Assembly: GCF_004010195.1 (NCBI RefSeq)
Contig: NC_057733.1
Coordinates: 48,181,877 to 48,245,876 of the forward strand
Length of the DNA: 64,000 nt
Direction: 5' to 3'
Source: Chiloscyllium plagiosum
Lineage: Eukaryota
Both the position numbers and the translations under genes were made by a program. Shown piece after piece: positions 26,134-36,927 of this stretch. Every line of letters starts with the position of its first letter. Positions within the stretch are counted from its first letter, which is position 1. Below the pieces are notes generated by a model. That model searched no databases, had not been told where the DNA came from, and worked only from the letters and a program-made list of their open reading frames with translations.

Positions 26134-26432
26134 GGGCAACACAGTGGCTCAGTGGTTAGCACTGCTGCCTCACAGTGCCAGAGACCTGGGTTCAATTCCC
26201 ACCTCAGGCAACCGTCTGTGTGGAGTTTGCACATTCTCCCCCTGTCTACGTGGGTTTCCACCGGGTGCTCGGCTTTCCTCCCACAGTCCAAAGATTGGCC
26301 ATGGGAAATCGCCTGTAGTGTTAGGTGAAGTGGTAAATGTAGGGAATGGGTCTGGGTGGGTTGCTCTTCGGCGGGTCAGTGTGGACTTGTTGGGCCGAAG
26401 GGCCTGTTTCCACACTGTAAGTAATCTAATCT
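26134..26432 (+). mobile_element. tRNA-derived V-SINE (HE1-like)
   Basis: A box TGGCTCAGTGG, B box GGTTCAATTCC, V-domain, and tail GGGCCGAAGGGCCTGTTTCC...TAATCTAATCT. Confidence 0.9.
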
Positions 26433-26729
26433 CGCTCCACTTTTAGTTATTATCGCTTCCAGCACCGGCTTCTCAGACTCTTTCTTCAATACCCATTTAT
26501 CTTCAGTCTCCATTACACCCTCATTCCTGAGTGTTGCCTGATCTTCAGCAGGAGACCCCAGTACACAATATCTCACATTCAGACACAATTCTTGGCGGTA
26601 TAAAACTCTACGGGCAAAGTTAAAATAAATTCAGCATTCAAGCTGATAATAACTTAGCATCCTTCAATCTGGTTTAGAGGAAATCACGTACAAAGTAAGA
26701 GTTGTTTGAACTCCCAAATGACACCGTAC

Positions 26730-26960
26730 CCATGGCTGAACAGACGGTTAAACTACCTGTTTGAATCCTGCTCGCGCGACCTCGAAGAAGGCCACGACCT
26801 TATAATGACGCAACTTCCTGGATACCACAGGGATGTCGTGCCTATTCGGCGCGTGCGTGGTTGTTCGAGCATAGCACGCCTACCCTTTGCTCTTGGACTC
26901 GGGCTGTTTCGGCCATATTGGCAAAGGAACAATTATGTCGACGGTCGTCGCCACCCAGAG
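26730..26960 (-). promoter_or_regulatory. POLG2: Probable POLG2 promoter and non-coding first exon (small CpG-rich island)
   Basis: Local CpG enrichment (CTCGCGCGAC, CGGCGCGTGCG, TCGACGGTCG), ETS-like ACTTCCTG, and CCAAT on the minus strand at about 26916. Donor candidates ATGG|GTACGG (26730) and CAG|GTAGTT (26758); strong acceptor TTTTCTTGCAG upstream of 25168. Confidence 0.6.
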
Positions 26961-29744
26961 ACTTAAATTTCAGTATAGGTCCAATTTAATGTCAGTATTA
27001 TCCAGATAAGAAGGAAAATTTGGATTGTTGTGAGTAAATATAACGTTGATTCTTGTTAAAGGGCTTGCCATGTTTTGTTGTAAAACACAACCATGAACTG
27101 CGGATGCTAGAGATCTAAAACAAAACAAATTGCTGGAGAAACTCAGCAGGTCTGTGGGGGGAAAACAGAGTTAACACCTCGAGAGCTGTGATTAAGACTC
27201 ATCGGACGCATACAGCAAAGATACAGCCCTTCAATCCACCATGTCAATGCCGATCATTTACCTACTAAACCCGAAGGTCCACAGACTATTATGCTTTGGC
27301 ACTTTTAGATAGTCATCCAGTACTGCTTAATGTTGCAAGATTACCTGCCTTCTCCACACTCTCAGGCAGTACGTTCCATATAACTACCATTGAAATGTTA
27401 ATCTGTTTTTTCTGTACAGATGCTACCAGAATTGCTGAGTTTCGCCAGCAACGTCTATTTCTGCTGATTTTTGTTTGCTGAGATAAAAAATAATGATAAA
27501 ATTGCTGCAATCTTCCTGGATCATCTGTCTGCTTTCTCATCAGAGAGGGATGACTGGAGGTGGTTTAAAGCGTGCCATAGACAAGGGAAAAATTGAAAAG
27601 GAAAGTCCTTCATGGTAGCTTCATCTGGTGTGGAAGTTGAATGCTTAATGTTGGCATTGTCATGCATCAGGAACCAACTGTCTAGTCAAGTGAACTGAAC
27701 AATATATAATGTGATAATAACAGAAATCTGGCTTAAAGAAGGACATATTCCTGGTGGCATTTGAGAATTTTTATGTCATTGAGCGGAATCGATTTGGGTA
27801 CTGAGCGAAGACGACTATGGTGAAATGTATGGCAGAATCAGACAAGGTCCAACATCAAGATCATCTGGCTCCATCTTTTATGCTTTTCACAAACAATATT
27901 CTTGCTAGTCAGCAGTGAGATGCCAATGGTTTAACACTGGATAAATGCAATGATAACAAACTCATCTCATTAATATTCTGCCTCCCTTCTTATCAAACTC
28001 ACCACAGATGCTAGACATTGGGAAAACATGAGTGGGAAACCAGAGTGCATACGTGGTAGATTCAGTTTGCGGCTTGCTCCAAACAACCTCAACGTTGCTT
28101 ACAACAAAACTGAGGCCAAGTGTACGATCAATGGCAGCAGGTGCACACACCCCACAATCACAACCATCCCGGCACCTCTGCCATGTGAATTCTGTAGGCA
28201 CAGGCTTGCATTCCAGTCAATAGCAGCAATATAATGGGGACATTTTGTGCATGGAGACAGGCACCTAGCTGGTTGGGAAAGCAAGATAAGTGTAAGTGGA
28301 TGTAGATGCTTTGGGTGGGGACATAGGGATTGTGAAACCAAAGGTGTTAACAGGATGAACTACTAGGAAGGCATTGTGAATGCTTGAGGACCAACTAGTA
28401 TGTTCAAGCTGAGGCTGAAAGCCATTGTCAGCAGAGCGCTCATTATTGCCTTCTATTGTGATATAAATCCAAAGTGTGCAATGGGGAAGAAAATGGCAGC
28501 AAGTTCCCTTGGAATGGGCAAGACAACTTATTCAACTTGTGTTTGGGTGGGAGTGGGATGATGCAGCCATAAAAGGGATTAAAGGGGAACATAGGGTCAC
28601 AGGCTCATGCATTGTACAGCTCACAGGCACACAGTCAGCCTACTCCCTGGGCATACTACAGAATTGACCTTCTGTATGTTGCACCTCCCTGGCATGTGCC
28701 ACTGTTAAACATCTGTTTGACAATTAAACTTTGCGCACAGAGGAAGGTGAACATTAGGAATGTTGAATGTTGAACGAGGGGGGACAAAGGTATATTATAA
28801 CCCAGTGGTATGCGTATGTATTATTCTGGCCTCCAGATGGTGCAGCAAGCTGTTATTGCTGACACTCATCCATAAAGCCGTGTCTGTGACCATGAAATGG
28901 CACTAGATGGTGTGAAGATGTGGAGAGCTCTTACATAGAGATGTGGAGCTGGGCGGGGGGAGCCTACTCAGCAGTGGAATCCATTAGCCCAGGAAGATTG
29001 GTGGAGCAACCCAGAGCGCTTGTGTCTGTCTGAGGCAGATATTCTAAGGTTCTGCTTGTCAGAGGCAAGTTAATCTTCCCTCAGCTTGAACTTCCAAAGG
29101 TTGGAAGGGCACAGGCAGGGTGGAGGCGGAGAGCCTGGCCAATCTGTAGTATCCTGCTTAAAGAGGGCCTTTGTGTGATTCCATCTTCAGCTGACTGTCT
29201 CTAGGCACTTTTTCCTTGTGGGACAGAAATTGAGGGTGAGAGGTATCATGGGGATTGATAATTAATAAGGCATGTTTGATAAGATGGGACAGGAGAACTT
29301 GCTTGCTTCTCGTCAAAAACCCCTCAAAAAACTTTGTATTCATCCCAGTATGTTTTCAGTTCAATGGAGAGGGCATTGCTGGAATCCGCTCTGGAGAACG
29401 TGTTGAGTCAGCTGTTTGTTATATTATAATGTTTAGGTTGCTTTTGAAAAGAATAAAATACATTGAGAGAAGGCCTACTACAAAAGGAGGGAGAACAAAT
29501 GTGGTCCAGATAATTTGCAATCATTTGATACATATTGGGTGGAATACACAATTAAGACCCAAGCTAAATATAGAATGCCTTTGGTGGCTGCAGGAGTGTG
29601 CTGGGGATATCATGCCCAAAAGTAATATTTTATTTTTTTAAATATTTGCATTTTTATTTTAGTAAGTTTCTGTTAACATTTATTTTTGTTGATGCAACGC
29701 TCCACCATTGTTGTTTAAGCCATTATTATTTTGTTGTATTAAGT

Positions 29745-30900
29745 CGTGAGACATGGGTGTTGCTGGCTGGTCAGCATTTATTGCCTGTCCCTCGCTGCCA
29801 TTGAGAAGGTGGTGGTGAGCTGCCTCCTTGAAACACTGCAATCCATATACTGGAGGTAGACACACTGTGCCATTAGGGAGGGAATTCCAAGATTTCGACC
29901 CAGTGACATGAAAGAATGATGATACATTTCTAAGTCAGGATGGTGAATGGCTTGGAGGATATCATGCAGATGATGGTGTTTCCATGTATCTGATGCCTTT
30001 GTCCTTCTAAATGTAAGTGGTCATGGGTCTAGAAGGTGTTGTCTCAGAATCTTTGGTGAGTTTTTGCTGTGTCTCGTGTAGATATTACACACTGCTGATA
30101 CTGAGTGTCAGTAGTGGAGGGAGTGGATGCTTGTAGGTGTGATGTGGGCTGCTTTGTCTTGAATGGTGTCAAGCTTCTTGAATGTTGTCAGAGCTGCATC
30201 CATCCAGTCAAGTGGGGACTATTCCATCAAACTAGTTGACCACCATTATTCACAATTGGATGGGCTGCAGATCTAATCTGTAGATTAAGTCACTTACTCC
30301 AGTCTATCACATACTGCACCTGTTGATTAGCATGCATGTAGTCCTGTGTTGTAGCATTACCAAATTGACATCAATTTTTTTTAGGTTTGTCTTGTGCTTC
30401 TCCTTACACTCTTCATTGGACCAGGATTGATTTCTTCCTGTTAGTGGTAATAGTTATGAAATTACAGATTGTACTGACTACAATTCTGCTCCTGCTGATA
30501 GCCAACAGTGTTTTATGTATGTTCAGCACAAGGGTTCCTTGCTCATGTTTCACCTGATGTCATAGAGACATGAGTCAATATTGAGGACTCCTGACAGCAA
30601 CTGCCTCCCAATTATACACCAATGTGCAATCACCTCTGTCTTGATCATGGGACAAGACATACGCAGCAATGGTGATGACAGTATCTGGGATGTTCTTTGT
30701 AAGGTATGATTCCTTGAGGACTACTGTGTCAGGCTGGTCTATGAGACTAGCCTATGGGACAGCTCTCCAAAATTTGGCACAAGTCACCCCATTTGGGGGA
30801 CTTTGCTGGGTTAGCAGAGCTAGGTTTGCCATTGTTATTTCTGGCACCTACATCATGCTGGGCTCTCATCCAGTTTAATGTAGACTTCATAGCATATCTG
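29745..30900 (-). mobile_element. Old CR1-like LINE fragments
   Basis: Reverse complement of the 3' UTR family seen at 9500 and 20800 (CAGCATTTATTGCC...GGTGGTGAGCTGCC). Boundaries are approximate. Confidence 0.65.
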
Positions 30901-31779
30901 AGATAACCAAATAACCGCTAAGGTGGAATCTGAGATAATACAATGCTGTGGGTGTGGAGTCATGTCGGCCAGATTAGGTTAGGAATGCAAATTTCTGACA
31001 ATTGATGAGTGTTTCATAGTCACTCTTTTAATTCCAGATTTATTGATTAGATTTAAATTACACCTGCAGTCGTGGTAAAATTTGAACCAGTATTCCCAGG
31101 GCGTCAACCGGGGCCTCTGGATTACTAGTCCACAAATGTTAGCATTATGCCATGATCTTCAGTAATATGGCATCTCTAGGCATAATAATAAGAGGGCAAT
31201 AAAAGAATTTTGGGGGAATAAAAGAGAATTGTTGTACAGAGATGGGCACAGCTGAAGCACAAAATGAGGACTTCACATCTGAAGATGTTGCTGAATTAAT
31301 AGTGAAAACAAAGAATGCTTAGACACAGCTAGCATTGAAATTGCTTAAGAGCAGGTGTTAGATAGTTTGGCCATACTTAAAAGTTGATAAATGTCTATGA
31401 CTAAATAAGACGCGTCCAAGGATACTTTTCTTAAAAGTTTGTTCATGGGATTTGGGAATTTCTGGCTACGTCAGCATTTATTGGCAATCCTATTTGTCTA
31501 AGGAGTCAATCATACTGCAGTAGGTCTGGAGTCACATGAAGGCCAGATCAGGTAAGGATGGTAAATTTCCTTTGCTAAAGAATATTTGTGATCCAGATGT
31601 GATTTTACAACGATCGGCAATGGCTATAATTGCCATTAGGATGGATTCTTAATTTTTGTCTTTTTAAAATCAGATTTCACCTGGGAACTTTGTAAGTAAA
31701 CTTCGATTAGTAGTCTAGTGACGTTAAAACTGTGCTACCATCTCTTCTGAGGGAACAAAGGATAGAAGTCTCAAAGATC

Positions 31780-33990
31780 ATAAGAACTAGCAGCAAGGGC
31801 AAACAATTCAGTCCCTCGAGCCAGCTCTGCCATTCAACAAAATCGTGGCTCTTCTCAGCTCGATCTCAACTCCACTTTCCTGCCTACTCTGCATACCTTT
31901 CAACCTGTCACTAATTAAAAATCTGTCAATCTCCTTAAATTTGCTCAATGTCTCAGCAAGCATCGCACTCTGGGTAGTGAATTCCACAGCTTCAAACCTT
32001 TGAGAGAAATAATTTCTTGGTATGTTTTAAACCTGCTGCCCCTTATCCTAAAACAATAACTTCTTGTTTTCGATTGCCCCACAAGAGGAAACATCCTCTC
32101 TATGTCTATTTTGACAATCCCCTTTTGCATTTTATATACCTCAATTAAATCTTCTCTCATTCTTCCAAAATACAGAGAGTAAAGGTTGTGAAGCTGTGTA
32201 AGCTGCTCAATCTCTTTTAAGACAAATCCCTCATCTCTGGAATCAATCTAGTGAACCTCCTCTGAACTGCCTCCAATGAAACTACATCCCTCCTCAAGTA
32301 AGGATCCAAACCAATGTACAGTACCCCAGATGCAGTCTCATTAATGTTTTGTACAGTTGCAGCAACACTTCCCTACTTTTTCTTCTATTCCTTTAGCAGT
32401 AAATGCTAAATTTCCATTTGCAAATGCAATTTTCAAAGAAAACAGCTGTAGTCTTTGACACTCCTTGCATACATAGGTGGTCTCAGAGGTCAGGAGAGTT
32501 GTAAATGTTACACCTTGGTTCAAAGAAAGAGTATTAGAATGAGTCCAGCAGCTACAAGCCAGCTAGTTTAACCTTAGTGGTGAGAAAGCTGTTAGAAATA
32601 ATCACCTGGAACAGCATCGAAAATAAGAAGAATCATTGGCACCGATCCCAACAATAAAATGTTCCTGAACTCAATGACAAGAAGAGATTTCTGTCTTTCA
32701 ATCATCCTGGTGACTTTTAAAAAAAAGGTCTTGGGTTCTGAAATGTGGTTTCATGTGTGATGGACAAAATAGCCTATTATTTCAATTAATTGCACTAAAT
32801 ATTATTAATGGCCCATGAGTTGCATTATATGGTTTATCTGGACTTTCAGAAGGCTTTGACAAAGTTCCACGTTGTCTTTTAAAATTAAAGTACATGCGAT
32901 TGGGGCTAGTATATCAAGATGACTAGAAAACTGGCTGGAAGTTAGGAAACGAAGAATAGGAATAAACTGGGTTTCATCTGAATATCAGGCAGCAACTAGA
33001 AGGGTACTGCAGGAATCAATGCTAGGACACCAGCTGTACATAATATATATTAATGATTTAGGAAACTAAATGTAATATGTCCAACTTTGCAGATGACAAA
33101 ACTGAATGGGTGACCTGTGAGGATGGAGGAGAAAGTGAGGTCTGCAGATGTTGAAGATCAGAGCTGAAAATGTGTTGCTGGAACAGCGCAGGTCAGGCAG
33201 CATCCAGGGAACAGGAGAATCGATGTTTCGGACATAAGCCCTTCTTCAGGACCTGTGAGGATGCAAAGATTGATTTGCAGTGTAACTTGGACAAGCTGAG
33301 TGGGCAAATGTAGCATAATGTGATATCATCCAGTTTGGTAGCAACAAGATGACAGATTATCTGAATAGCTGTAAATTAGGATAGGGGAATGTGCAATAAG
33401 ACTTGGGTGTTCTTGTACACCAGTTGCTGAAGGTGTGCATATAGGTACAGTAGGAGTTAAAGGTGGCAAATGGTATGTTGGACTTAAAAGCAAAAGGATT
33501 GGAGTACAGGCGTAGAATCCCCTTTTGCATTTTATATACCTCAATTCAATCTGCTCTCATTCTTCCAAATTATAAAGTATAGACCTAAAACTGCTTACTT
33601 CAGTTATGCACAACCTTGGTGACAACACCTGGAATATTGTGTGCAGTTTTGATTTTTATCTGAGAAAGGGCTGACATGCTAAGGCTGCATTGGTTAGGAC
33701 CACATTCACGAGTTCAGAAGAATGGAGGGGGAAATTCTCATTTAAAACCTGTAAAAATTCTAATAGGACTAAGCAGGTTAGATGGACAGAGATGAAGAGA
33801 AATGTCTTTGCTCAGAGTGGTGAGCTTGTAGAAGTTGCTATATAGCAAAAGGTCAAAATTTTGCAAGACTAAGGAGTTGGATTTAGCACTTGGCTAAAAG
33901 GGATCAAAGGATATTGGGGAAAAGAAAGAGTACAGGATACTCAGTTGGTCAGCCATGATCATAATGAATGCTGGAGCAGGACTGAATGGA
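31780..33990. mobile_element. Two degenerate CR1 fragments in opposite orientation (minus 31780-32420; plus 32810-33990)
   Basis: The minus-strand ORF reads REDLIEVYKM...; the plus strand has YLDFQKA and FADD remnants. Confidence 0.7.
33126..33249 (-). mobile_element. 124-bp Penelope-like hammerhead cassette with 14-bp TSD
   Basis: TSD GACCTGTGAGGATG at 33112-33125 and 33250-33263. The minus strand starts CTGAAGAAGGGCTTATGTCCGAAACATCGA. Confidence 0.9.
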
Positions 33991-34349
33991 CTTCTATCAA
34001 ATTTAATTTGTAAACAGTGGCTCTCTTGCAAAATAATATCTGACCCCAAGACTCTTAAGAGTGCAACTTAAATGCCAAATATCTGAACATAGCTTGTAAC
34101 TTTGAGATTGCCCTGCAAGCCCACTTCAAGAAGACTGAACACAGGAGAGACAGGTACTGAAATACTCAAACTGTAGACAAGTACTAAAAGTGGTATAATA
34201 AGTAGAGCAAAGTTAAAATGGTGTGGAACTCCAGCATTCCAATTCTAGCAAACTTCCACCTTTTTAAAAAGACTTCTAAAATAGGGCAGAGAAGAAACCA
34301 AGTGGCACCAGTATCTTTTGACTAGAATGTGGGACAGGGAGCCATTCAA

Positions 34350-34830
34350 GAGAAGGGGAAGAAAGTCAGAAATAGTATGGTCAGGGGAGAGAGAGATACA
34401 AAGGCTGTGTTGCTGGCCTGGTGCCTTGGTTCAAGATATCTCATTTGGACTGCAGAGGAACTTGGAGTGGAAGGGGAAGATCTATTTGAGGTCCACATTA
34501 GGTATGAATAATATATAAAGAGGAAGGAGGTTCTGCAAGGGAATATGAACAGCTAGAGCCTAAATTAGAAAACAGAACCAGAAAGTTAGCAATCTTTAGA
34601 TTATTACCTGAGCCATGAGTAAATCAGCACATGGTCGACAAAACTGAAGAGGTAAATGCACGGCTCGAAGATTGGCATGAGAGAAATGGGTTTGAATTCA
34701 TTGGACATTGGCACGAGTACTGGGAAATTAGGAAGCTATTCCAATGGGACTAGCTTCACCTGAATCATGCTGGGACCAGAATCCTGGCAAATCACATTAC
34801 TCAGGCTGTGGATAGTGTTTTAAACTAGTG
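34350..34830 (+). mobile_element. Degenerate CR1 ORF1 (SGNH esterase-like) fragment
   Basis: Remnants CCWPGALVQDI, VHIR and W(D)*LHLNHAGTRILA resemble the ORF1 seen at 62199-62489. Confidence 0.6.
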
Positions 34831-35206
34831 TGGGGACTGGTTCACTTACATGGAAAAAGCTGAAGGGTCTGGGAAGCCTCAGCAGAAGTCTTTAAAATAT
34901 CCAGAACAAACAACAGGACAGAAGGGCCTGTTTCCACAGTGGAGGGAATCTAAATCTAAAATCAATCTGGATTTAGTCCAACAGGTTTATTTGAAAACAC
35001 ATGCTTTGAGCATTGCCCCTTCATCTGGTGAATTTTCACATCACTATAATCTGGTGTCATCCAACTTCTGGCAGGATTAGATAATACATGAACATTACTT
35101 TGTCCTGGATGAGTAGTTGGTACCTCAGTTTGTGGTTAATAAACCACAAACTAAAAAAAAAGTGTATTATTCATGCTCACTTATAGACCAAGGAATTTTT
35201 TGAACT

Positions 35207-35212
35207 TTTATT
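35207..35212 (-). terminator. DDX5: DDX5 polyadenylation signal AATAAA
   Basis: TTTATT on the plus strand, about 355 nt downstream of the DDX5 stop, followed by U/GU-rich sequence on the minus strand. Confidence 0.7.
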
Positions 35213-35565
35213 TAAAATGACACATTGGCAGTTACATACATACAGAACTCCAAGACTTTCAAACTTCCTTATTGGAAGGACATGCATCTTTACATATGCT
35301 GTGGTACTTTATGCATAAGTTAAACTTGTATAATATTAATCTGCCATTCTATTAGAAAAACCATGAACAAAAATTTCCAAGGAATGTAAAGTAATAAAAA
35401 AATTAAATAGTGGGGAAAGTGCACCAATTCTACTGCTGCACTGCAGTCTTTCCTGGAATATCAATGGTATTAATATTAAAGAACTTTATCATCCTCTCAA
35501 ACAAAAAAAAAAGGTACAGTACAAGTCAAAAGAGAATGAAAAAACTCAACATTTAGATCAATACA

Positions 35566-36080
35566 TTATTTTTGCAGCCCTGCATAAGCAAGAGGCATAG
35601 GGTAACCAGTCTGCGCCTGGAAACCCATTCCCATCAAAGGCAGGGGTGGATACTGATACTGAGCACCCACAGATGGCTGTTGACCAATGCCATTGCTCTG
35701 CATGGCATTTGGACCAGAATGATTCCCTCCAAATTGCTGGACTTTGCCACCAACAGCCTTGAAACCATTTTGACTTTGACTGCCAAATGAACCTGCCCCC
35801 TGGTTCACAGATCCTGGATAACTGGAGGAATTTCCAAACCGAGATATACTTCCAAAGCTGTTCGTTGAGCCAAATTTTCCAGAACCAAAGGCATTTTGTC
35901 CAGCTGAGGTATAACTTTGAGAGTTAAAACCATTTTCCCTGCCTCCAGGTCCATATACCCTGTCCATGCTCTCCCGGTTTCTAAAACCATTATAACCCCC
36001 ACTCCTGTTGGAACTAGAGAATCTGTCTCTTCTGTCATCACGGCGATCATCTTTATATCCACCCCTACCTCTGGAACGAC
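35566..36080 (-). CDS. DDX5: DDX5 exon 13 (RG-rich and G/S/N/Q-rich C-terminus, stop)
   Basis: Acceptor aaacAG at 36082-36081. Translation GRSRGRGGYKDDRRDDRRDRF...GYPMPLAYAGLQK*, in frame with ORF 35566-35967. Confidence 0.93.
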
Positions 36081-36640
36081 CTGTTTAAAACAGAATGAGT
36101 ACAATTACCAACACTTCAGATTTTCAAACTCAGCATGAATTGTTTGTATAAATTTGCATCACTCTCCAAATGACCCCACAGGCTGTATCAGATTGTTTAA
36201 CTATAGCATTCAACAGAGCCTTAAATTCCCATTTTCATAAGCCATTATTTCAAGTTGCAAATCAGGTCTAGTTATCTGCACAAATCTTCCAATCCCAACA
36301 TTTACAAAAAGCCTTTTCAGGCACACCTCCACAACAGGTGGACATGAACCTGGGGCTACTGGCTTTGAAATAGGGACACTGCACCACAAGAGTCTTGCTT
36401 TCCACTGTTCCCCACACCTTCCCCTCTTCTGCTCCCCCCACACCTCATCTTACCTCTGTTGGTAAATCACATCTAATTTCTACTCTGGCTTAACATCCAT
36501 TAACGTAACCCTGCTCAAAAGATTATTGGAAAGCAGAAACTGTTTATCAATAGCATTACATAAAGCCAAATGGTTACTAAAAATCCTAAAGTAGCTTACC
36601 ACAAGTTTTACTTCACTGAAAAAAAAACAGGTATACCTAC

Positions 36641-36865
36641 CTGATCCTCTGTCTTCGACCATCTGAATTAGCTTTGGGTTGATAGCCTGATTCGCTTCAC
36701 GAAGCACAGAGATAAGGTCATTTGCTTGCTTTATGTTGCCAGGAGTAAAGAACGTGTAAGCGGTGCCAGTTTTGGAACTGCGGGCAGTTCGCCCAATGCG
36801 GTGAATATAGTCTTCAGAGGAGTTAGGGTAGTCATAATTGATGACAAATTTCACATCTTCAACAT
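36641..36865 (-). CDS. DDX5: DDX5 exon 12 (motif VI)
   Basis: 225 nt: [42 protein letters not shown]...MVEDRGS; donor AG|GTAGGT. Confidence 0.97.
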
Positions 36866-36927
36866 CTGTAAAGTGTTGCAGTGTTGCAAAACCAGGTGCA
36901 AATTATGCACACCACAACAGTCAGATC
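36866..36927 (-). ncRNA. mir-3064-like hairpin (tailed-mirtron-type) ending at the intron 11 acceptor AG
   Basis: The 5p arm UCUGACUGUUGUGGUGUGCAU (36925-36905) pairs with the 3p arm UUGCAACACUGCAACACUUUACA (36889-36867). Each is about 2 nt from human miR-3064-5p/-3p as recalled, and at the same intronic position. Confidence 0.8.

Noticed and set aside
25565-26446. 293-aa plus-strand ORF
   Set aside because: It has a non-ATG start, runs through C-rich low-complexity sequence and a SINE, and shows no recognisable domain.
36633-36641. Alternative donor 4 nt downstream of DDX5 exon 12 (GTAG|GTATAC)
   Set aside because: It is a weaker consensus than AG|GTAGGT and would frameshift; the sequence gives no evidence of use.
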